Of a stretch of DNA of 64,000 nucleotides, positions 52,338 to 64,000 are shown in pieces. The notes under the pieces were generated by a model. It was not told the origin of the DNA. It ran no database searches and worked only from the letters and a program-made list of their open reading frames with translations. The stretch spans positions 11,408,001 to 11,472,000 of the forward strand of contig JAQFVV010000002.1 in the NCBI GenBank assembly GCA_028023455.1, read 5' to 3'. The DNA is from Epiperipatus broadwayi. Lineage: Eukaryota > Animalia > Onychophora. The position numbers and the translations under genes are program-made. Position 1 is the first letter of the stretch. The number at the start of each line of letters is the position of its first letter.

Positions 52338-54906
52338 TTATTTTAGAAAAAATATGAAACTTTGAACAAACACATACATATAAATATGTTACAGTGAGTT
52401 TATAATTTCAGTGAGTTTATAATCTGGTGTGACGTTTAAGCGCGTTTCAATGTAATTTGTCTCATTATGAGATGTGAATACATACATGGTCACCCTATGA
52501 TATTTATAATGCAAATAAAATAACACACTCGCAATAACAAATTTCATGAAATACAATCATTTTTATGAAGTGGTACAATTTAGCATGATGTACTACCAAG
52601 TGGTATGCGAGCCAAAAAAGGTTGGGAAACACTCACTTAGTCAGTTAAAGTGATGTTTATATCTCATTATTAGTTAAATATTTGTTAGCCTCATAGAGCA
52701 AGTCTTTAGTGTTTATTATTAGTATGCCTGATGGTGTAGACAAGGTCCTCCATCCTTATTTAGTGCTTTTCCATGAGGTGATTGTGCTTATTCCTAGTGA
52801 GGATTATTATATATCAGATATTTGTATTTCTAGTGATTGTAATCACATGTTTTGAAAGTGTTTAGATTCCATGGAGAGGATCTTACTTTCCTGGTGTGTC
52901 TTTTCTGTTCTTGATGTGCTGAGACAAGGTCCAGGCATCCTTTTTTTCTGCCTCAAAGATAAGTATTTTTGGAAGCCACCACATTCTTTGGAAGTTGTTC
53001 AGCTCTGTGAAGCATATGTGTATTTATTTTGGCCTATCACTCATGATGTATTAATGCTATTTCCACCACAGTAGGTGATGTTGCATTTGTTTTAGATATG
53101 TAATGACAAGATATGTTTGTTTGAGAAACTCTGTTTCTTCAGGTTGTGTTTAGCTATTTTTAAGGCTTAAAGGTATATCAATGTCTGAATTGAGCTGTTA
53201 TAATAGTTTTATCATCCACAAACCAACCAACAATAATTTATATTTAATTTTAAGTATGTAGATTATGCATATGGTTATAAGTGGCAATTCACACATACTA
53301 AGTTTAATATGTTCATCCAGAGTTTTCGCCGCTGGAATTGTAAGTCTTTTAAATACTAATTTTGAAACATTTGGTTTAATAATTTTATGTGGACAGAATT
53401 TATTGAAAATATGTGTATAAATGATCTCTGATGAATGGTCCATGCATCTAATTTAATTTAAAGTTAGCTTAGATTTATTTAAATGCATCACTAGTTATAA
53501 TATTAATAGTGCCAGTGTAACTAATGATAATTTAAAATATATGCTGGATATGCTAGTCCCAGCTTAGCATTTGCTCAGCTTATGGTATACAATATAAACG
53601 TATTAGTGTATTATTCTGGTTGTTAAATAACACCACAGTATTATGAAATGTTTTAATTAAACTTAAGGTTATGTTTGTTAAGCTCATACCTTCATAATTA
53701 AAATACAATAGATTTAGAATCCTTAATTATTTAAGGAGATTATTTGGATAAAATTTAATGTCAAATAGCCTCTGTTTACTTTTGTATTTATTTATTTATT
53801 TTATGTTTATAAAAAAAAAGATTTAAAGAGGAATAATCAGTAGCTTTAGTTAAAGAAATTGTTGTAATTTCTGAAGGTCAAAACAAAGTTTGTTATACAA
53901 AATGTTTTTTTTTAAAAATAACAGCGCTATCTTGGCAATGTTTGTTCCATTAGTAATTTTTTGTTGTTGTTTTCCAAATATTTATTCTTATTGTTATTAA
54001 TAAACCAAATTTATTATTATTTAAAAAGTTTAGTTTCTGTTGCTTTTCCTTTTATATGAAATATTGTCTTGAGTTCCAAAGTTTCACAAAAATTTCATAC
54101 AGTATATAAAATAATTTATACTGGTTTAAATTATATAAAGCCATGCTAATCTTTGTGATTCTCAGATTGAAGCACAGTAACAGATAATCACATAATTACA
54201 GATACTTAATTGAATGTTCATTTAAAAATTAATTTTCAAGTTATTATTATATCTTCTTAGACTGAAGATTATGCAAAGTAAGATGAAGAGTATTTACTAT
54301 GCTTTAAAGCTGCACATTATCTTTCATTATCTTGTATATTTTTAAAAAATTAAAATCCATCTGCATTTAATGTTAGTAGTAGGTTGTCTGTGAGTATGTG
54401 GAAAGGCATAAGAAGTACCCTTATCCTTTTTCCAGCTCGAGTGATGTCTTGGGTAATAGGCCATAATGAATTTAAATTTAGATTAAATAATCAAATTTTT
54501 AAATTGACATATTTTCTTTTATTATGCTGTGATTGAACATAAGATAGTTATCTTATGGTCAGCCAAGATATCACTCACTTGTTCATTCATCAAAGCAATC
54601 ATTTATTAGGCAACTTAAACTTTATCTTGCACAAGAGTTTTAGTTTAAACCCCTTAATATTGTTTACTCGTGTTGCCTTGTTAATAATAATTCAGTGAGA
54701 TAGTCCTTCCAACAAAGTATCATTTGTTTTATTCAGAGGGTATGATCTGATAGGAGACTGATTTTAGTAATTATTAAATAATGATTTAATTGTCTTTTAT
54801 ATTATTTATGGTTATTATGAATATGCCATAATAGTTATTTGCAGTGGTTAGATTTGGTCTCTATCTGATTGTATATCTCTGGATCATCATTCACCCTTGA
54901 TTTTAT

Positions 54907-55494
54907 TGTAACCCCACTGAGACAAGTTGCTAGGAGTCTCTAATAGAATAGAGTAGGGAGTCTCTAATAGAATAGATTAGGATAATAAGTTCATTTCCAT
55001 TCTCTAATGGATCAGTTTATTATCTCTAATATATTAGTTTATTATTTCCATTCTCCTCTCTCATTAGTTTATTCTTCCATTCCATCATTTTCATCTCCTT
55101 CATTTCTTCCATTTCCATCATCATCAGTTTATTATTTTCATTCCATCTCCATTTTATTATCTCCTTCATTTCTCATCTCATCTTCTTTCATTTCTTCATC
55201 TTCTTTATCATCCCCTTCATCTCTAGCCTTGTCATCTCCATCATTTTGTCTCTCTCTCCTCCTTATCATCATCTCATCTTTCTCCATCTTCATCTTATTT
55301 TCATCATTTCATTTCATTTTTTGGTCTTTAATAGTTCATCTCATTTCTCACTTTCATCATTCTTCATCATCATCATTTCCATCTCATCATGACACCATCT
55401 CTTTCTCCTCATCCTTTCTCCTCATTCATTCATTTATTCATTTTTCTTTTCATTTTTGTCACCCCCCCCCCATCATTAGATATTAAAGGTTACA
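54907..55494. mobile_element. 588-bp TG...CA element (solo-LTR-like) with a long pyrimidine-rich core
   Basis: Termini TGTAACC...GGTTACA; flanks TTAT and ATAT. TTCATC-rich tract at about 55050-55470. Confidence 0.6.
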
Positions 55495-55505
55495 ATATAT
55501 ATATA

Positions 55506-58500
55506 TGTAACTAATCCTTGTTTTTATATTTTGTTTCTCATTTGAAATCATATTTAATCATAGATGGGGTTGGTTGGGAGATAGTGTTGACAATAGAGAT
55601 AAGCCAGGCAAGATATAATTATAGTTATTTCAATTTACCACTGTTAGTAAGAACTCATGATTTTAGTCAAAATTATATCTTGAATTTAAATTTTTTTTTT
55701 TATTGTTTTTTCTTTTCATAATTGTGGGGATATAAAACAATATATTTCCTTTGGCATACTTGTTTTACCTATTTTAACCCTTACACCTAGATCTGTGCCA
55801 GATTTAAACCATCATCGAATACTTAAATAAAAATGTGCTTGATCCATTATTTATGTGTGAACACTAGAATCTGTAACCAAATTGACATATATTACAGGTA
55901 TATATTTATTTTAAAAGTCACAAAGTTTAAAAATTATCAGTCAATTTTATATTTTATTTTACTTAGATCACACACATATATATGTATATTCCAGGTAACA
56001 CCATCATACATATATAGAGGAAATATTTGTTAGGTATTGATTATGATTATTGCTCTTAACTAAAATTTAAAAAACAACAATCATACCACACACACCTGGA
56101 TTGAATTGAAGTAAAACTATTACATGGTCCATAGGGATTTAAAATGATCAAGCTTAGCCAAACTATCTTGTTTTAAAAATAAAACAAAAGAAATTTAAGT
56201 AAACTTAATAATGTAACCCTTAGAGACCTGAACGACCATTTTTAATTCCCAAAAAAAATTACAGGACCTACAATTTTAAATAAAATGTCTAATTTATTAC
56301 AATAAATAAATATATATATATACATTTTTATAAAGTGCAAATATGAAAGAATGTTATAAAGCTGATAAAGTAGTCATTACCACAAAAAATAATTTTAAAA
56401 AAATGATATTTTTCACATTTTTAAAATCTTTATTTTTACATTGGTTCACAAACTCTCAATTTTGAAAGGTATAGCCTAAAATGACAATTTCATAGACAGC
56501 TTCATCACATTTATCATAAAATGCAGAAAAAAATAATATATAACATGACCTACCTGAGTTACAGATTGTTGGTGTAATGTGGCAAAATGTGACAATTTCA
56601 GTTTCGTTTTTTTACTAACCACCCTATATGTTCAATTTTTGCAAGCAGTTGTTTTTCTAGGGCCTCTATGTGGGATATCTATTAGAAATGCAAGGTTTTG
56701 TGTGGATTAGAAATGCAAGATTTTAGTGTGGATCAAAAAAAAAAATAACAGTAATAACTTTAGTAAAGTGTAAGTTATGGGGATAAAAAATAATTACTAT
56801 ATTATTGAAAAATCATGGGCTAAATTATGCATTATTATATAGGAAACCATGATAGCAAAGTATGCTATAAAATGAATAAAAAGTTATCTGCAAAGTATGC
56901 TATAAAATGAATAAAAAGTTATCTACAATGAAATGAATAAAAACATAGTAAATTCTAAGTTATGCATGTAAAAAATAATTACTATATTATTGGAATATCA
57001 TGAGGGTAAGGGTGAGCTAAATTATGCATTATTACATAGAAAACCATAATAGCAAAGTATGCTATCAAATGAATAAAAAGTTATCTATAATGAAATGAAT
57101 AAAAATGTAGTAAATTCTAAGTTATGCATGTAAAAAATAATTACTACATTATTGGAATATCATGAGGGTAAGGGTGAGCTAAATTATGCATTATTACATA
57201 GGAAACCATGATAGCAAAGTATGCTATAAAATGAATAAAAAGTTATCTGCAAAGTATGCTATAAAATGAATAAAAAGTTATCTACAATGAAATGAATAAA
57301 AACGTAGTAAATTCTAAGTTATGCATGTAAAAAATAATTACTATATTATTGGAATATCATGAGGGTAAGGGTGAGCTAAATTATGCATTATTACATAGCA
57401 AACCATAATAGCAAAGTATGCTATAAAATGAATAAAAACTTATCTACAATGAAATGAATAAAAACAGTAAATAAAATAAAATAAATAACCCAAAAGAATT
57501 ACAAGCAATTATTATATATCAGTGGGAGATGATGATGATGACCGTTGAATACTTACGGGTAATGGGGAATACAAAACCTCAAAATCAAACACATCAACAG
57601 AAAAGTTTGTCAGAATCAAAATTACGTTCAGTGGCGAAAATAATTGTTTTCTCTGTATATTTTTTTTATCCGTTGATAAAATCTAGAAAGAAAAAAAAAT
57701 TTACAAAATTTTAATAATGTACTTTACAAAAATTGCTATAAAAAATCTAATTTTCATCGCACAGAAAAAATTCTTACACATGCTGAAAGAAAATAAAATG
57801 GCGAAGATAAAAAAAAGACTCGTAAGCGTGACGTATACGATTGGCATGCTATTGCGGTCGAAAGTGCAAACTTTTTTTTATGCGCAAATGGGTGTTTTTC
57901 GGTCTCAAAGGGGTAAAGTATAAAATGTTCTAGATGTACTAATGCATTCTTGGGCAAAAACAATCTTGTTTACAAAATTATCATCTAAGCCTAAAATCAT
58001 ATAAATAGGTTAGGTTCTGTACATGAAATATCAATATATGCAATTTTTGAAAGTCGTATCTTTGAAATAGCCAAGTAGGAGGGGGAATATTTTGCTGTCT
58101 CTCTATAGAGGGATGGTGATCTTCTACCCCATCTTACATTCTGGAGGATGGTATGTGATCACCACCAAGATGTAAACATTCTAGCCAACAGCCAGCTGTA
58201 AGAGTATCACAAATTGAACCTTGAATCCTATCCAGAAACTAAATTTGTCACTTGACCCACTGCCTGATGTTCCAGGAAATCAGCTGTCAGGGAGCAGGTA
58301 ACCAACTGACTGCTACAGAGCCTTAAAAATGAACTTTAACCTCTGACTCTTAAACTCCATAAATCTAGCTTTCTAATTTAAAATTAAACATTTGAACTTA
58401 ATCTTTTAAAACTAAAATATAATGATGTAATCTTTTATTTAAATACTCCATTCTGATAAATGTAGTAATGTGTTTAAACCTATATTCTTTGTGGTTATGC

Positions 58501-60169
58501 TTATACCTATTTTTGTTCAAAATTTATGTGTTTATGTTGAATATTTTGAAACAGTGAGTAACTTTGATTTTAGTACATTTTTAGTAATGATAATTAATAT
58601 CTTTCCTTAAATTATATTTAAAATGTTTGTTTATCACACCAATAAGCTATTTCAAAATATTATTATTATGTAGAAATGATAGCTGCTCACTCTACACTTG
58701 CCACAGTCATTTCAATCTATTTTATAATATCTTGTGTCTGTAGTGATTTGCAAAGTCATAGTTAATGAATACATCTTCAATATATTCTCTTCAAAATAAT
58801 ATGATAGTCTTAAGATCATAAGAAAGTATGTTTATTATAGTATCATTAATTGTCTATTGAGTATGCTCCCCCCCTTCTTAGTTAAACCAATTAATGATGC
58901 AAATTTGGGGTAACAAACCAGATTAATGATTTAATCATAGGTCCATTAATATAGTGTTATTATTGCATTTATTTAGAGAAGGTGTTTTATTAACTGGACA
59001 GATAGAGGCTATTTTGTTTATAGTCACTATTAATTTATATATATACAGTATTTTACTATATGCATTGTGGGTAGGTTATTACTAAGTACTAATAATACAT
59101 TACATCTTTCTATGCCTCCTGATAGGTTTGCAGTGGCGGCTGCTTCCATCCACATTTTCACTTGTGTAAGACTATAGCTTTTCTAGAACTGGGGCATGAG
59201 GTTCCAGACCCCATTTTTACCTAAGCTCCTAAACTTTATACATTCGTATTATATTAGTAGCACTGAGTATTCGATACTGAAACCCGAGAATAATCACCCA
59301 CTCACACTGCAATCTTAATATTTAATTTTAGTCTGTGCCATAGCATATATATGTTAATATAAGATGGCCAGTTCTCCTACCTTTCATGATAATTAGTTAT
59401 TCAGCATTTGTCTGAAATCTAATCTTGATTAGTAACCTAGATCTGCATCATCTTAGAGCGGAATTATATGCCCGTATTTTAATGTATATGGATAACAGCC
59501 CTTAATGCTGTGTTTCATGATATCTTCAGCTGTCATGGTTACTGTAATGGGAAAATCACAATATATAATATTTGGCATATAAAACAGGTATAGGCATAAA
59601 TCTATTACCTCACATGCACAAACATTAGTATATGATTTGATGAGAAACATTATAAACCTGAATTAATCTCATCTGCTATGTAGCACCTGTGAGCACTCGG
59701 TTCCACATATTTACATTTGTAATTGGTTTTGTTTGTGTATTGCTTTATCTCATTTATGATTTTATTAATTAATAAACCTATTTGAATTATTAACTCATTT
59801 CATAATATTTAACTCACAATATTTCAATCCAATCTTGACAATTGGTCTATATATTTATTTGATATGTCTTGTTGATCTAAATCGCTGGTTTAGTTAATGT
59901 AATTTAACCTAATGTTCATTGGTTGGCCTATCTAGGTATTTGTCTGGGAGTCTGATGTTTCTCCTTGTGCTATGCTGGCTAGCAGGTTAAATTAAGACCC
60001 ATGTGTACCCACAGAAATTTCACTCATAAGGTGTTGAATTATGGAATACTTGTGGATGAGTTAGGGCTTGGTCAGATCTGGGATCTCACCATCTCACTCC
60101 AATCAGTTTTGCTGTATTCTATCTGGATTCTTGATCTTGTTGTTTGAGTATACAAATCTGACCAGTACA
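55506..60169 (+). mobile_element. ~3-kb TG...CA repeat, copy 2, carrying a piggyBac-like MITE
   Basis: Starts TGTAACTAAT within an (AT)n run and ends ...ctgaccagTACA; colinear with copy 1. Confidence 0.75.
56217..57912 (+). mobile_element. piggyBac-like MITE, copy 2 (1696 bp)
   Basis: TIRs CCCTTAGAGACC / GGTCTCAAAGGG with a GTAA duplication (56213-56216, 57913-57916). The empty site aatGTAAagtata is present in repeat copy 1 near 40420. Confidence 0.92.
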
Positions 60170-60523
60170 TTATGAAGATAGCTATTGTATATAGCATTCA
60201 AGAGTTTAAAAAAAAAATTAAATATATATAAACTGACCATTACAATATATAATTAAAGAAATATTTATTAATATTAAAGTATCACTTTTTGACAGACATC
60301 AATGTTATTCAATTTGATGTTTCTCAGGTTAGTCATCATCCAAAGTGTCCGTGGCTTTGAAATGATTAAGAATTACTGTTATAGATTGTAAAGAAAATGT
60401 TAATCACAGAAAGTCATTTCTCCACTAGATTGATAAAAGTTTTATATATAAAACTAATAAATACAGCATGACAATTCACTTTGTATTATTATATCACTTA
60501 AGTTAATGATCTAAAAATAATAA

Positions 60524-60593
60524 TATTAAAAAACCCTTAACATCTAAAAATAATAATATTAAAAAACCCTTAACACTGATAGACAAACAGTAA
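60524..60593. repeat. ~33-bp tandem duplication
   Basis: atctaaaaataataatattaaaaaacccttaac occurs twice. Confidence 0.8.
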
Positions 60594-61080
60594 AAAATGT
60601 GTTTTATCTTTAGAATATTACATTTATATGACTTATTAAAAATATGATCATAATTACAAGTCTGCAAAAAATATCTAATATTGGTAATATTTTTAGTAAT
60701 AATATTTATAAAGTAATATTGTATTTTACATGTTATTACCAAATAATTGTGAGATAAGTAAAAATATTAGATTTACTCCAATTCTTCAGCTTTATTAAAA
60801 TAAAAATAACTTTTTTATTATTTTAAAATAGTTCCCTGTAAGACAATGGCTTTTTTAACAATCCTTCTTATAGCAACAGTGAAAGATAAGACAGTACTTA
60901 AGTGATGAAGATTTGAGGACTTTTTCCACCCACATTTTATTCTTGGTAACTAAGAATATCTAGATATCCATTTACTGATTAATACTGAATGGTTAGCTAA
61001 ATTGCCTATAAATCAGATCATTTGACAACAAATTATTGGGCACAGATTAGAACCCAAAGCTTTAGGCATGGCAGCGCCAT

Positions 61081-61377
61081 ATATTATTATTTGAAATGCA
61101 TGTCAAGCTAATATATTACCACTGCCCTGTGAGATTATTGGTTAAAATGCATGCTGTGTGGATATATTATATCTGAACCATGAAATTATTTGAAATACAT
61201 AGCAGATGGGTGTGTTATCTCCATATCATGGGATTATTATTTGAAATGCATAGCACATGAATATCTACTATGTCATGAGATTATATGAAATGAAGAGTGG
61301 ATAAATGTGCTATTCTTATACTATGAGATTATTATTTAGAATGAATGTTAGGTGAGTGTGCTATATTTGAAATGCAT
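61081..61377. repeat. Degenerate ~48-bp-period minisatellite, about 7 units
   Basis: Recurring core (c)atgagattattatttgaaatgcat separated by more variable ~22-27-nt segments. Confidence 0.7.
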
Positions 61378-62483
61378 CAGAGGCTTGTGGTTAGCTTCTA
61401 AATAAAAAAAAAAAATTTGTTATTACATTTCTCACAATATATATATATGAATGCGAAGAGAGTTTTTTCATTTTCAGTATTAAAAAAAACTTAATAAACT
61501 TATTTTTATTAATTCAACGTCCATTAATTTGAAAGAGATATCATTTACAATTTTAGCCTATAGAGAATTGGTAGTTTAACTGCCATTCAGACGTAATGAT
61601 GTTACAAATTGGTTATATGTAAAGATATAGTACTTCTGGCTAATTAGAAACTGAAAAAGGAATTAATATCATGAGCAGTTTCGTAAAGATAATTGCAGTT
61701 TGTTTTACTAACTATAAAAGATATTTATTTCAGATCATAAAAATGAAAATCTGGTCATTAAGCGAAAACAAATATTAACCTAAATGTAAATTAATCTGCA
61801 ACTTAAGAAGAAAATTAAGATTTTGGATTTAAAAGATTTTTATAGTAAATAAATCTATCTACATATATATAAGTGAAGATTTTCACGGATAAAATATGTG
61901 AACATATATATTGGACAAATCCAAGAAATGCATGTTTTTAGTGTATTGGATGAATATTTGTCTGCTCTTATTTATTTGTCTCTGCTGTGGCGTCACTTGG
62001 GGATAAACAAAAGGAAGATATTTTAAAATAATAATTTGAGACAAAACTAAAATTACAGTGATCAAGATAATATAATATCTGAAGAAGGTATTCGAGCCGA
62101 TTAGATGCCAAAGGCACCACTAAACATCCAAGAAGGGAATTACTAAATCACTTATAGTAGCACTACTGTTAATAAACTGAGATTGCTAATAAAGAGGTTA
62201 ATATTGATGAAAGAAATTAATGCAAGCAATAACTTTGCTTGTCATTCTATTTTAATGTAATTATAAAGAAAAATCTACTTTATAAAAACATGAATATTTT
62301 ATTAAACCACTAAACATCACATGATTACCATTCTTTCAGCTTACACAAGTTGTTTACACAGAGAAATATTTTATGTTGAATATATATATTTAAAAGTGCA
62401 ACTATAATAATAATCTTAAGAAAAAAAGAGCCAAACTTAAGAACTTTATTAAACACAGAGATTAATACACATATATAACCAGC

Positions 62484-62860
62484 ATTATTATTATTTTAAT
62501 TATTTTTGGTTTCCTCAAGATGAAGACATCCCCATGTTTACCTAAGTATGTTTCAATCCATGTCTTCTTTTTCCAATACTCTTCAAGAAATCTTTTATCT
62601 CATTCATTTATCTCACTTGTGGTATTTTCTAGATCTCTGAAATAACTTGGATCTACTTTTGTCCTTAAGTTATCTACCATACATTTTTTCTGTCCATTTC
62701 TATTCAGTCTCTTAAATTTTTTCAGAGATCTTTTGTGCTTTTATTCCTTTTTGTTAAGTCTTAAGTAGCATATCCCCATACTTTCCTATATGTTTGACTG
62801 TCTCTCCAAGTATAATATCACTAAGCAAAAGAACTGTGCATGCATATACCTTTTGTATTT
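62484..62860 (-). mobile_element. Possible decayed LINE 3' end
   Basis: Purine-rich, stop-interrupted coding-like segment on the minus strand ending in an (AAT)n tail. No diagnostic motif. Confidence 0.3.
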
Positions 62861-62936
62861 TTGCCAATTATTTTTAAATGATAGGGAAGAAGTCTCAGAA
62901 ACATTTATAAAGCTAAAAGCTACAAAATTAATTCTT

Positions 62937-63043
62937 TTTTTTTAAAAGTGTCATAGCATCGGCCGGGACGCGAACCCGCAACCCGGGCAACTGCCTGCTA
63001 GTGCAAGGTAGTCGCGCTGACCTCTCGACCACCAATGCAAGAC
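62937..63043 (-). mobile_element. Short tRNA-derived SINE, copy 2 (young)
   Basis: Acceptor-stem pairing GCATTGG...CCGATGC, A box TGGTCGAGAGG, B box GGTTCGCGTCC, poly(A), and a 15-bp TSD ACAAAATTAATTCTT (62922-62936, 63044-63058). CpG-rich. Confidence 0.9.
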
Positions 63044-64000
63044 ACAAAATTAATTCTTAGCAAAGTAACATTTAAAAAAATCAGTCTTGCCTAACTAATA
63101 GAACGTTCAAATGCTTCCCATTATATACATGAATGACACATTTGACCATTTTTTAACTAATACTACTTTTAATTACCATTATTGTAGTTTTCTTTCAACA
63201 AAAAAAAAACCATTCAATTTTATCCTTTTTGTTTTCGACTATGTCTATAATTTGACCAGAATTTTCATAATGTTTACACTTCCTATTTATTATTAATGCT
63301 TTTTAATTTTTTTTTTTTTTTTAAACTCATTAAACATTACTCTTTTAGGATTTATCTCTGCTGTATATTGACTAGCGCGTATGTATTCTCTAACTAGTTT
63401 ATAGCAAGAAATGACAATTAGTAATTCAGGTTAAATTAAAAACATAATTTATTCATTTGACATCGTGCAGTCTATAGATACAGTTATCGTGAGAAGACAA
63501 ATCTAATAAGGTAGAGCACTGTTCTAGCACATGGGCACTTAACCCAAGTATATATACGCAATTCTAAAATTCTCAACTGTTCTGTGTTACACATATGAAT
63601 ATATATATATGTAAATTATTGAGCCGATCCATGTCAAGCTATGTTAGTAAGACAAGATATATGTACACACAATAAGATATAATAACTGACTATAATTCTG
63701 AGCATATAAAGCTTCTCTGTTCTAAATCCCTCACTAATCAATATAAGATATAAATGATTACCTTCATAATCTAAGTGTCTTCAAACCCTTAATTGCCCTT
63801 GAAGCATATCAACTAATAGTAAGATCAGGGCAATCTGTAAAAAAAAAAAAACTAATCGGCTTGCTTAACCTTCAGGAGCTGAAACTTTGTTTGATTGATG
63901 ATTCCCATACTACTTCCTTGTAGCATTAGTTCTTGAAGATTCATCAGAATGCACTGACTCTTCTTTTCAATTATCCCCTCCTTTTATCTGCTTGGTTTCT

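Larger units (their letters stand above)
51005..52634 (+). mobile_element. Non-autonomous hAT element (Buster/Charlie type)
   Basis: TIRs CAGTGTTTCCCAACCT / AGGTTGGGAAACACTC. Perfect 8-bp TSD ACTTAGTC with central TA (50997-51004, 52635-52642). Confidence 0.93.

Noticed and set aside
52690-53450. LINE remnant on the minus strand
   Set aside because: The composition is coding-like, but I could not identify a diagnostic RT or endonuclease motif.
55007-55486. 159-aa Ser/Phe-rich ORF
   Set aside because: An artefact of a pyrimidine-rich low-complexity tract that lacks stop codons.
61081-61377. CRISPR array
   Set aside because: The repeats are degenerate, the linkers resemble each other, there are no cas genes, and the context is eukaryotic.
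62950-63038. Functional tRNA gene
   Set aside because: No canonical 7-nt anticodon loop, a duplicated CGGGTT before the T arm, and a poly(A) tail with TSD indicate a retroposed SINE.

Overview
Very AT-rich (roughly three-quarters A+T by eye), CpG-depleted eukaryotic DNA, most likely intronic or intergenic sequence from an invertebrate animal. There are no prokaryotic operons, rRNA genes, CRISPR arrays or intact protein-coding genes; at most there is one candidate host exon (37672-37854, minus strand). The window is a layered transposon graveyard. It holds a full-length but inactivated Tip100-type hAT element (18786-23482, perfect 8-bp TSD), a Buster/Charlie-type hAT derivative (51005-52634), and two young copies of a piggyBac-like MITE inserted at non-TTAA sites. 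It also holds several TA-flanked and foldback MITEs, two copies of a ~100-nt tRNA-derived SINE, and decayed LINE fragments. LTR-type material includes many TGTAA...TTACA solo-LTR-like units that favour ATAT sites, a 2-kb non-coding two-LTR element, and two related Ty3/gypsy gag remnants. The oddest structure is a 1.47-kb gag-only cassette with integrase-type TGT...ACA termini but no LTRs (32279-33751). All calls are from manual reading; identities are by-eye estimates and no database search was run.
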